Source of the DNA: Patescibacteria group bacterium
GTDB lineage: Bacteria; Patescibacteriota; Patescibacteriia; UBA9934
DNA: 64,000 nt
Assembly (NCBI GenBank): GCA_049296775.1
Contig: JBAQTB010000001.1
Coordinates: 160,992 to 224,991, forward strand
Reading direction: 5' to 3'
The notes under the pieces are model-generated. The model was not told where the DNA came from and did no database searches. It saw nothing but the letters and a program-made list of their open reading frames with translations. This document shows positions 28,288 through 36,995 of the stretch, in pieces. Position 1 is the stretch's first letter. Each line of letters starts with the position of its first letter. A program made the position numbers and the translations under genes.

Positions 28288-30873
28288 ATGAATGAGATTT
28301 TAGCTGGCTTCAGAAAGCATCAGTTTAAAAAAATAGAGGCTCATCCCGAGACCAAGCCTGCTACCAAAACTGAGAATCGCGAAACTGCCACTCAGCAAAT
28401 CGCTGAGCAAATGATAGACATAGCTAATGAATTTGGCGTTGAAGCCTTACAGATCATACTGGCTAAAATGCAGACTGCCTTAACTGAGGGTCGCGGACTA
28501 GAGGCTGGCGAACTGGCAGAAGTGATCAAAGAGAAAGCTACTCGATCAGAATTCCAAGAAACGGCACTGAAGGCCTTTGAAGGCCTTGGCTTTGTAGAGC
28601 AACTCGATAACGGCACCGTGATTGTGGATGATCAAAAGCTCTTATCTGAATTTAGCCTCAGTCAACTACGCGATGTCGCCGGTGAAGAACTGGCCAAGTT
28701 TGGTGATTTTAAAACAGATCGCATCACTTTTTTAGGCAATGCCTTTGCAGATAAACAGGTTATTTTAAAAAACGACTGGAAACAAAACCCAGAAACACAG
28801 CCAAAGCCGCTTTTCTATCTACCTAATACACGTCAAGAATCCTTGGACATAGATCGCATTCGCGCCGCTGACTTTCATTATGGTCTCTGGGAGATCCCCC
28901 AGGCCAGTAAAGGTGCCAAAGAGCGAATAGAAGAATTATCTCAACCTGCCAGCGCTACAGAGCAGAATTATTTCGAAACCTCACTCGCGGCTGTAATTTA
29001 TCATCCAAAATTTGGCGATGCTCAGCGTGACGAACAGGGCAAACTTCACACCTATCAATCTGGCGAAAAAAAGGCTATCTCGGGTCAGTGGCTTTGGGAT
29101 CAGGGCCTTAAAATGAAGTTTACAGATGGCAAGCGTGAATTGCGTAGTAACGCCAAGGAGGTCATTCAAGAGTTTGCACCAAATATTATCGAAAATAGCT
29201 TACTTCAAGCGCAAGATTTTGGTCTTGAAAGGTCAGTAAATCGATCTCAAGAAACAGCCCGAGTCAGCAACAACGGCGTGGTGAGTATCGGAGGTGTAAA
29301 GCATTACCTCGGACGAGCGTACGCTGGGCGTGCAATTCGTATCGATGAAATTGGTGATGGCACAGCCGCATTAGTAGAACTAGCTGACAACGGTCAGGGT
29401 ACTCCGGTGGGCCTGATCGATATCTACAAAAAAGGTGATCCACGCCTAAGTGAACGAAAAACTAACACAGGCTCATTCTTTGAGGCTGGGGGTAAAATTA
29501 CCCATCCTAGAGCTTTTTCAGAAGCTGAATATCAATCACCCAAACCAAACGAAGATCCAGACGTTTTCTTTGCTCGCAAACAAAAATTCGAAGCCTTTAA
29601 TGCTGTTTTAGATTTTGATAATGTATTAAAAAGCCAGGGTTATCCGGCCATGTTCAGTCTCTCGCCAGAACTTCAGGGCAACATCAGAAATCATGGCAAT
29701 CAAATTAACAAAAATAAACAACTATATCTTAATTTTATAGATAGCTATGGCAAACCCGGCTTAGAGATAATGGCCGCGGTGATAGATAATAGCTCAATTG
29801 CAGAAAAAACCCTTGAAACCGCCCTTGCGTTGCCGGAGACAGAGCGAAATACACTCATTCCTAGACTCCATGAAGCCCTTCTAGCTCGCCATGTGGCCTT
29901 AAACGAATTAAAGGCTCTGCAGCTGGCAAACAAAGTGACGGATTTAGAAGTTAGAAAATTTACCTTTGAAATTAATCGCCGTGTCACCTCCCTACTTACA
30001 GCCGCCGAGGATAGCGCCGGGATTAGAGAAGGTTTAAATACAACTAACAAGTCAGAGGTCCTTAAACTCTTAGTAAAACAAGGGCAAGAGCTGGCTTTAT
30101 TTGCTAATATTTTTAAGGATGCCTTCAAGGGTAGTCCGGAAAACGTAATGGAAGGACTAAAGGGGGTGGAATTAAAAGTCGAGACTTGCGCAGAACTTTC
30201 AGACCTGGATAAAACTGCGATTTTAGATATTCACGCACAAAACTGGAAACAAAAACCGGATGTTTATCCAAAACTCCGCAAAGCGCTTGAAATAGCGCTA
30301 GAGTCAAACACTTCAAAAGCCTACGTGATGAAAAATGGTCATAACGTCACCGCCTTTATGCGGTTTGATCAAGTGGGCAATGACCCTAATCAACTGTACG
30401 CGGCCTCATTATTAGTTAAACCTGGGCTAAGAGGTTCGGCCATAGGAGAATCCTTCATGCGTGCCGCAATGGATGAATGTGCCGAAGATCATATTTTAAA
30501 GGCTGACTTCTTCCCTGAATTTATAGTAGGCACAACCTATGTAGAACAAATGGGATGGGTAATCACCGGTGTGGAGGAAGTGGATATTGGCAATGGTAAA
30601 ACGGCTAAACAGTTCATGATGGAACGTAATGATCGTAAAAACTTAGATTATGTAGGCAAGTCAAATAAGGATCTATCTAAGTCTAAGGGTCTAAACATAC
30701 AAACCATTGATGTACGCAACGGCACAGCCGAACTAATTCAAGCCGTAGAACAGGCCCAAGTCAAAGGCCAAGTAGTTACTCGTTATTTTGCTGATCGTAA
30801 AAACCCTAATCTGCGGACAATGGTGTTTGAGAATCGTCAGGATGAACAGATGGTACCTCAATCAAAGACATAG
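28288..30873 (+). CDS. large orphan protein (861 aa) with a C-terminal GNAT-like acetyltransferase motif
   Basis: Long ORF, no TM; C-terminal VKPGLRGSAIGESFMRAAMDE resembles GNAT motif A. Confidence 0.5.
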   Translation: MNEILAGFRKHQFKKIEAHPETKPATKTENRETATQQIAEQMIDIANEFGVEALQIILAKMQTALTEGRGLEAGELAEVIKEKATRSEFQETALKAFEGLGFVEQLDNGTVIVDDQKLLSEFSLSQLRDVAGEELAKFGDFKTDRITFLGNAFADKQVILKNDWKQNPETQPKPLFYLPNTRQESLDIDRIRAADFHYGLWEIPQASKGAKERIEELSQPASATEQNYFETSLAAVIYHPKFGDAQRDEQGKLHTYQSGEKKAISGQWLWDQGLKMKFTDGKRELRSNAKEVIQEFAPNIIENSLLQAQDFGLERSVNRSQETARVSNNGVVSIGGVKHYLGRAYAGRAIRIDEIGDGTAALVELADNGQGTPVGLIDIYKKGDPRLSERKTNTGSFFEAGGKITHPRAFSEAEYQSPKPNEDPDVFFARKQKFEAFNAVLDFDNVLKSQGYPAMFSLSPELQGNIRNHGNQINKNKQLYLNFIDSYGKPGLEIMAAVIDNSSIAEKTLETALALPETERNTLIPRLHEALLARHVALNELKALQLANKVTDLEVRKFTFEINRRVTSLLTAAEDSAGIREGLNTTNKSEVLKLLVKQGQELALFANIFKDAFKGSPENVMEGLKGVELKVETCAELSDLDKTAILDIHAQNWKQKPDVYPKLRKALEIALESNTSKAYVMKNGHNVTAFMRFDQVGNDPNQLYAASLLVKPGLRGSAIGESFMRAAMDECAEDHILKADFFPEFIVGTTYVEQMGWVITGVEEVDIGNGKTAKQFMMERNDRKNLDYVGKSNKDLSKSKGLNIQTIDVRNGTAELIQAVEQAQVKGQVVTRYFADRKNPNLRTMVFENRQDEQMVPQSKT

Positions 30874-31624
30874 GCTTGCCGCCGCCTAATTGCCAAAAAT
30901 ACTCAAACTGTGCTCGGTGTAAAGCTGCAATATTTTCGTCCTCTATCAAAACAGAGATTAATTTATTTGGTCTCAAGGTCAGATAGCTCACTTTATTATT
31001 ATAAACCTCGGTAGCCGTTTTAAAGCCAGCCGGGAAATCCTTTAAATAAACTACTTCTGTATACGGGGTAGATTGAGCCGCAATAAAATCTCGACTAGCC
31101 TGGCTATCTGGCAGAATTAACCGTTTTATAATCTTCTTTGCGACTCGTTGCTTTAAATACCCCCGGTTAATCTCGGCGATTACACCGATAACTGCCGCTG
31201 TGTCCAAAAAAGTCATAATTCCGTTAGTTGCCGCTAAAGAATCCTCCAAGACCTCTTTAAAACCCTCAGGGCCCTCAAACACCTGAATAGCTGGGCGGCC
31301 GGTGGTTAAATTGAAGGTTGAGGTGAGTTTTGGGAGTTCAGCCTTGAATTCAGCCTCTAAACGGTCTGTTTCAAGGCGTTTGGCCTCTACTAAGGAGGCT
31401 AATTTGGTTGGTTCGGCGGCCCGGTAGATCTGCAGTTTACCGGCCGTAACCGTGGCCAATCCCCTTGAAACTAGCGCGGTAAGCAAATTATAGACATTTC
31501 CACGCCCTAATCCTGAGTCTGGAACCAAATCACTGGCCTTAGACTCCCCTTTTAACAGGAGAAGTTCATAGAGTTTGGCCTCATTAGCAGATAAACCAAG
31601 TTTTTGCAGGATATGGGTATACAT
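30806..31624 (-). CDS. TrmB-family transcriptional regulator (paralog 1)
   Basis: N-terminal wHTH LGLSANEAKLYELLLLKGESKASDL...GRGNVYNLLTALVSRGL; similar to the CDS at 44673-45437. Confidence 0.65.
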   Translation of the reverse strand: MYTHILQKLGLSANEAKLYELLLLKGESKASDLVPDSGLGRGNVYNLLTALVSRGLATVTAGKLQIYRAAEPTKLASLVEAKRLETDRLEAEFKAELPKLTSTFNLTTGRPAIQVFEGPEGFKEVLEDSLAATNGIMTFLDTAAVIGVIAEINRGYLKQRVAKKIIKRLILPDSQASRDFIAAQSTPYTEVVYLKDFPAGFKTATEVYNNKVSYLTLRPNKLISVLIEDENIAALHRAQFEYFWQLGGGKPMSLIEVPSVHPDDSQTPLSAD

Positions 31625-31793
31625 ATATATAGGGTAAAGGTATCAGATTTTAGAAGTTAGAGATTAGAGTTTGAGGGTTAAATATCCTCCGCATGGCCCT
31701 AGTATACTCTTTACTGTCATATTGGGAATGGCAGGGTGTGGATAGATTCATGGCTTATCTTAGCCAAAATCTAGCATACGTGCCAGGGCGTGA

Positions 31794-31822
31794 TTGACAA
31801 AAGCTGGAAAAAATGCTACAAT
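31794..31822 (+). promoter_or_regulatory. consensus sigma70 promoter (TTGACA - 17 nt - TGcTACAAT, extended -10)
   Basis: TTGACA at 31794-31799 and TACAAT at 31817-31822 preceded by TG; no ORF follows on the + strand. Confidence 0.5.
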
Positions 31823-31829
31823 GGTTTTA

Positions 31830-32844
31830 CGAAGATGAGAACAGGAAGACTTCTAGCCTCTTCGCCCAACAGACTACATTAACTGAAACGGCGACAGACT
31901 GAACCTTCCAACAATTAGAGAGAGCCCTAGTCCACGGGTAAATGTGGATCGATGAAAGTCCCGTCTATATGTAAGTATAGATAGCGGAAGTTTCATAAGG
32001 CAGGTTTGCGTATCTCTCAAAAAGAAGACACGTAAACCTGCCTTTGTTTGTTTGTCCGAGAGAGGACGAACAAGTGAGGCGCTCGTACTGATGGGTCTTT
32101 GAGAAACGGTTCCCGGCCTCGTCTGGGAGTATCCACTAAGTGGAGAGAGACCATTTCTCGAACAACTATCAGCTCTATGGATTCCTACTTCGCTCTCCCC
32201 TCTGGGATTGAGCCTAGACAGGACCACGTCGGATTGATCAGGACCTACGTTAGCTCGATTTCGATCGAGTAGATACACGGTCAATCCCCCATTGCATCCC
32301 ATAAGAATGCAATGTGGTAATGAGTGCGAGACGGCCCAAGCCGTCTCCCCTCCAAAGCTCCGCAAGGAGCGAAGGGGGGAAGATACTTGGACTGTTCTCA
32401 CTCCTTATCACTAAAGGAGAGAGAAGCCCCTTAACAATTGAATAACAAGAGTTTGATCATCGATATCTCGATGTGTCGACTATGGAATCTCCTAGCCGCT
32501 TCCGACGCTCTGCGCCGATGAAGCACCCGCTAGACCCATGGCATCGCACGTTCTGATCCTTTGATCCTAGCCTCATAAGCCGCTTGTTTTAAACATCCGG
32601 CCCGTCCTGAAGTGACGCGCAAGCGTCTACTTCAGGGAGGAACTCTCAGTGGCTGTGACCTTGCTCTCCCCCTTAATAAGGGGGAGTTAAGAGGGGGTCG
32701 TAGCTAGTGAGAGCAGCAGAATCCCCAACGAAGTTCGAGCGCAAGCGAGAACGAAGTGGGATTGTGCTGCGCTAGTTTGTCAGGTACATCGCCGTTCAAA
32801 ACGGGCTAAGAGATTAACTTCTCATGCCCAAGAACAGCACTCGA
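31830..32844 (+). ncRNA. candidate large structured non-coding RNA (unclassified)
   Basis: ~1 kb with no credible ORF on either strand; several perfect hairpins with stable tetraloops (CTCGAT-TTCG-ATCGAG; GCTCC-GCAA-GGAGC; CCTGAAGT..GACGC-GCAA-GCGTC..ACTTCAGG; GAGACGGC-CCAA-GCCGTCTC; GGGATTGA...TCAATCCC). Confidence 0.35.
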
Positions 32845-32981
32845 GAGAGTGCACGGCAATGAATCTGACAGCAGTTTCCAGCCCAGGGATGTCGGCAATG
32901 TTGTCGATTTCCCAAACGCTGGAACACATTCCCTTTGGGGAGGTCGATTGCAAGACCTAAAATTGCAAAATGGAGTCTTAA
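32845..32981 (+). promoter_or_regulatory. conserved ~135-bp 5' leader, copy A (operator-like dyad + hairpin)
   Basis: ~90% identical to 36320-36454; contains TCGGCAATGTTGTCGA (32892-32907) and CCC-UUUG-GGG hairpin; ends at ATGACC start codon. Confidence 0.6.
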
Positions 32982-33539
32982 ATGACCCTCAATAACAGCA
33001 GCAGCGTCACCTTCCTCTCGGCAGCGGAGCTCAGGCTCCGCTGCGAAAACGAACTCCAGAAGGCCGAGGAGAACCTCAGTCGTCTGGAGTTCGAGCAGAT
33101 GGAAGCGGATGAAAAACTGTATGTCGCGACACAAGATCTGTCCGATCATCGGGCGGACGAGCTCGCACTGATGAATGAGATCAAGAACTTGAAGGAAGCA
33201 ATCAGCGCCAACCGTTGCCGCTCGGCGCAACAGATCGAAACGATGCTGAGTGACAAAGAGGAGCTGAAAATGGCGGAGGCGCGCCTCGTCTCCGCCACCG
33301 CCACCCGTCGCACCGCGGCGGAGGAGAAGATCAAGGCCTACAACCTGCTCCTGGCCGCCTCGGCGGCCACCCGCGCCGCGGAGCGGCGCGTCAAAGCTGC
33401 CATGTTCAATTCACGCCGTGCTGGGATGGAATTTGGCACGGACACCCGTGCCGGGGCCCCCACCGCCCGTCGGGCGGCGAAGGCCGCCAAGGCGGAGAAG
33501 GACCGCGCGATGCGGTCCCAAATGAAGGGCAAGAAGTAG
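32982..33539 (+). CDS. coiled-coil protein with basic C-terminal tail (island gene, unknown function)
   Basis: 185 aa; GC3-rich codons; heptad-like E/K/A-rich sequence; N-terminus MTLNNSS.. paralogous to MTHSFIN.. of the 36455 gene. Confidence 0.5.
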   Translation: MTLNNSSSVTFLSAAELRLRCENELQKAEENLSRLEFEQMEADEKLYVATQDLSDHRADELALMNEIKNLKEAISANRCRSAQQIETMLSDKEELKMAEARLVSATATRRTAAEEKIKAYNLLLAASAATRAAERRVKAAMFNSRRAGMEFGTDTRAGAPTARRAAKAAKAEKDRAMRSQMKGKK

Positions 33540-34419
33540 CCCTACCATAGTCAGACATTGCAGCTGACTTAAAGGTCTGCAAAAGGTTTCTGACTTTTAG
33601 ATAAAGTCAGCGATTGGTCCCCGCACCTGGACTACGCGTCGAGCGTTATCTCAACCAAGCCCGGAGCATAAAATGCCGGACAGCAAGAGGCGCGAGTAAC
33701 ACGCGCCAGTAACAGAAAAATTTGTTACGCCTCCCGCTTGAGGCCCAACCACCACTCTACCTCTTTGAAGCGGCAAAGATGTAGACGCTAATCACGCCAG
33801 ATTCTGCATCGAGCAGTTTCTCGATACATACATCAGGAGTTGGTCATCATGACCAAATTGAGTAAGTAGTCGCGTTGATGGGCGACGATAAAAGCGCCAT
33901 CAACCCTGCGTTGCTCTGGGGCCGAGCAACAGGATTGTGACTCCTTGATCACATGTCGGTAGTACATAACTATCATGCACACATGCACAGGTTGAGAGCT
34001 CGCGCTATGCACATCGCGTAGAGCTCTCCTTGATTGAATCACTGATTGAAAAATCGGAGGTTCTGAAAGGAAAAAACAAACACCCCCAATCAGTCTACGA
34101 ATAGTTTTTAAATTTTGTCTCAGCGCTGCGGAAACTATTAGCTTAGCTAGTTGTTTTAACAGCTCTCGGGAGAGAGCCAAGTTCAACCGGTGACTCTAGC
34201 ATAGTGCTAGGGAAAGCCGGACACAGAACGCCTAAATTGAAACCTTCAGATAAATGTTCAGACGTTAGTCGGTCTTGTTCGGGCAACCGAGCCAATCCGC
34301 CGTCAATGTGCAGAGATGCACAGCATTCAGCTGAATAAGTTTCTCTCTAGGAAAAACCTAAAATCCTGGGCGATTATCGTTCAGGTCGGCAGGCATGCCG
34401 GCAACCATATGGAGGCAAT

Positions 34420-35319
34420 ATGCGTATCAACTTCGTGTTCGGTCAGGTCGTGTCGTTCGAATCCCTCGCCGAGAACACCGTCGCGCTCGACGGTGCGGTC
34501 CAGGGGCCGAAGCTCGACCCCAAGACCCGTCGTTACAGCTTCGATCACCACGCGGATTGCATTCGTTTGATCACCCTGGCCACGTGCCAGCAGGTGTTCG
34601 CCGCGATCTTCCTCGGTGGGTTGATCGTCGACAACGAGACCACGGTGGTCATCAACGAGTTGGACGCGGACACGATCTTGTCCGTCTGGCTGTTGAAGAA
34701 CCCGGGTAGGGTCAACGAGCCGGCCGTGAAGGAGCTCGTGGACCGCGTGGGCTACACCGACTCCCACGGCCCGGCGTTCGCGCCGCACTGGCTCCACTTC
34801 CAACTCTCCAGCTGGAAGAAAGAGGATCAGACCATGGCCTTCCTCGAGAAGTGCCTCGGCCTGATCGACCAGTTTTTCGCCGGCGAGCTGAAGGAGCCGG
34901 CCGCGCGCCCGACGCGTGAGTCGATCGGATTCGGCTGGCACCCGCTGAAGGGTTGGGCGGAGGTCCAGACCCAGAATGGGTTCGGAGACCTGTACAAGTC
35001 TGGGTTCCTGGCGGGGTTCCTCGCGGAGCCCCAGGCGGACGGGACGGTGACCTACACGGTCGCCAAGAAGTCCGATCTGGTCGACTTGCCGGTCGGCCCG
35101 AGCCACGTTGACCGGAACGCCGACCCGGCGAGCTACCGGTCGGACACGGTCCTCGGCAGCCTCGCACTCCTCGAGCTCGAGGCTAACCCCTCCCAGGCGC
35201 ACAAGGCGAACTGGGGCGGAGGATCCTCAGTCGGCGGCAGCTGCCGCAACGAGGACAAGTCGGCCTCCCGGTTGACCCCCGAGCAGGTGCTCGAGGTGTT
35301 TAAGCGGTTCACCAAGTAG
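34420..35319 (+). CDS. hypothetical protein (island gene, GC3-rich)
   Basis: 299 aa; very strong third-position GC bias supports this frame over the Arg-rich antisense ORFs 34381..35202 and 34712..35167. Confidence 0.55.
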   Translation: MRINFVFGQVVSFESLAENTVALDGAVQGPKLDPKTRRYSFDHHADCIRLITLATCQQVFAAIFLGGLIVDNETTVVINELDADTILSVWLLKNPGRVNEPAVKELVDRVGYTDSHGPAFAPHWLHFQLSSWKKEDQTMAFLEKCLGLIDQFFAGELKEPAARPTRESIGFGWHPLKGWAEVQTQNGFGDLYKSGFLAGFLAEPQADGTVTYTVAKKSDLVDLPVGPSHVDRNADPASYRSDTVLGSLALLELEANPSQAHKANWGGGSSVGGSCRNEDKSASRLTPEQVLEVFKRFTK

Positions 35320-35671
35320 CGCGGGAGTCCTGGCTTGTATACCTAGGACGATCCCCCCTTTGTTCCTAACGGAACTCCGGAGGGATATAAAAACGTATAC
35401 AAAAAATCGCCGGGTGGAGTTGCTGCACAGCACTCCCCCGGCTCGCGAATCCCGATTCGACTGCACGTCAATCGGGATTCCCTTAACTGAGTTCAGAAGT
35501 TTAACTTGTGAATTGAGTTGAGGATGTACAACAAATCATCCTGCTTCTGAAACCATCTGCACGATGTGTTTCAGGGATCCTTAACTAACTTCTTGATGCC
35601 AAGCTCGAGGAGTTAGTTGAGGATCCGCTCAACATGCCCAAATCTAGCTGTGGAATGTCTCCGCAGCGCGT

Positions 35672-35932
35672 TTGTGTATATGGCGACCTCTGGGAGACAT
35701 CATGCGATGCTTTGTTGTTGAAACCTCCGGCGAATTGCCGGAAAAAAATGAGTTGAAAGACCCAGATGAATTCTGGGAATTGGAGGACGGCCTGGCCGTC
35801 CTCCTCCTCGTGCCCCGGGACCAATGTCCCGGGGAGTTCACCGCCTTTCCGGCGGTGATCGAGATTGAAGTCGTCGGGCAATGGCCCGACGGAAGTTCGA
35901 AAAAGAAAATTTGGGCTGTCGTCAAAACCTGA
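35672..35932 (+). CDS. small acidic hypothetical protein (uncertain)
   Basis: 86-aa ORF in the island; moderate coding look. Confidence 0.3.
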   Translation: MCIWRPLGDIMRCFVVETSGELPEKNELKDPDEFWELEDGLAVLLLVPRDQCPGEFTAFPAVIEIEVVGQWPDGSSKKKIWAVVKT

Positions 35933-36319
35933 CATTAGCCCAGCGCCCGCTCGCTGCCGGGCGATAAATATAGCAGTGCTTCAGAGGCTGTACGCACATA
36001 CGGCCTCTGACTACCACGTCTTTAAACTGACGTGGTCTCATCTGAGATTTTGAGTTAATGACTCGAAGTATCAGATGAGGACTCACAAACTGACATGCGC
36101 CAGCGAGACATATTTGTCCGCACACATGAAAGTAGTTTTCTCTCCCTACACCAACCCACTAGCAGGATTTTTCTATGTTTTCGAGAGTGGAATTACTTCT
36201 CTCTCGTAATCTATCTCTTGTTTACATAAAGAGATGTCGCTGTTGGGTTGCTGTGGGGACCATAAATCACCGGATCCCCCGGTGCTTTGGCGTTTCCACG
36301 GAAATGGACATGGACTCGA

Positions 36320-36454
36320 TAGAGTGCGTGTCCATACATCTGAGCAGTTTCCAGCCCAGGGATTTCGACAATGTTGTCGATTTCCTGAAAGCTGGAACAC
36401 ATTCCCTTCGGGGAGGTCGATTGCAAGACCTAAAATTGCAAGTTGGAGTCTCAA
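36320..36454 (+). promoter_or_regulatory. conserved ~135-bp 5' leader, copy B
   Basis: Perfect 16-bp dyad TCGACAATGTTGTCGA (36365-36380); CCC-UUCG-GGG hairpin (36404-36413); ends at ATGACC start. Confidence 0.6.
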
Positions 36455-36805
36455 ATGACCCATAGCTTCATTAATTTGAGTGAAGTTCGGAACGAGATCT
36501 GGTCGGTCTCGGTCAAAATGGAGAGGATTGCGAAAGTTCTGTGTCAGAAGAACCTTCGCGCCGAGCTGGAGGCCGCCCTCGAGGGGAAGGCCGCCGCCCC
36601 CCACGACCTAGAGGCGATTTTACGCCTCAACGCCGCCAGGAGAAATTTGGCGGCGGCGTTGGAGAGGGCGGGATCTTGCGATCCCGAGGCACTCCGCGAG
36701 GAAGAAAAAGTCCTCGCAGCGGCCCTCGCGGGGCTGCTGGAACGCGAGGCCCGCTGGGCCTCCGTGGTCGAGAATGAGGAGGCCGAAGCGCGTCTCCTGA
36801 GCTAA
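36455..36805 (+). CDS. coiled-coil protein (island gene, paralog of the 32982 gene at its N-terminus)
   Basis: Conserved ATGACC start after the leader repeat; the track's 36443 start is a TTG in the leader; A/E/R-rich helical sequence. Confidence 0.5.
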   Translation: MTHSFINLSEVRNEIWSVSVKMERIAKVLCQKNLRAELEAALEGKAAAPHDLEAILRLNAARRNLAAALERAGSCDPEALREEEKVLAAALAGLLEREARWASVVENEEAEARLLS

Positions 36806-36995
36806 AGCGTCGTTGGGATGCTGTGAACACCTCAGTTCACAGCATCCCAAATCTACAAAACATTAAAAATATTTTCATCGATAGAAATTTGCTTACCGTC
36901 ATAAGCAGGTTTCTCTCGAGGAAAAGTTCCTGAGAGACAATAACCGGCCCTACCCTGGGCCACGGCAGCCATGCCGATCAGCACGGAGGTGCACA

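Noticed and set aside
31874-32401. 175-aa minus-strand ORF inside the candidate ncRNA region
   Set aside because: Ser/Arg/Leu-rich implausible protein, no RBS; the region is better explained as structured RNA.
31830-32844. RNase P RNA, tmRNA or group II intron identity for the structured region
   Set aside because: Only weak P4-like matches (GAAAGUCCCG / ACGGGCUAAG) separated by ~850 nt; no tRNA-like T-arm or tag reading frame; GUGCG present but no domain V-like hairpin. Left as unclassified.
34381-35202. Long minus-strand ORFs (34381..35202, 34712..35167, 35133..35315, 35227..35466) antisense to the 34420..35319 gene
   Set aside because: Arg/Pro/Gly-rich low-complexity translations typical of spurious frames in high-GC DNA; the + frame carries the GC3 bias.
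36173-36850. ORFs 36173..36604 -, 36175..36465 +, 36211..36426 -, 36234..36458 +, 36541..36777 +, 36620..36850 -, 36627..36830 -
   Set aside because: They overlap the conserved leader repeat or lie antisense/out of frame to the 36455 gene; highly biased compositions (RG/PR repeats).
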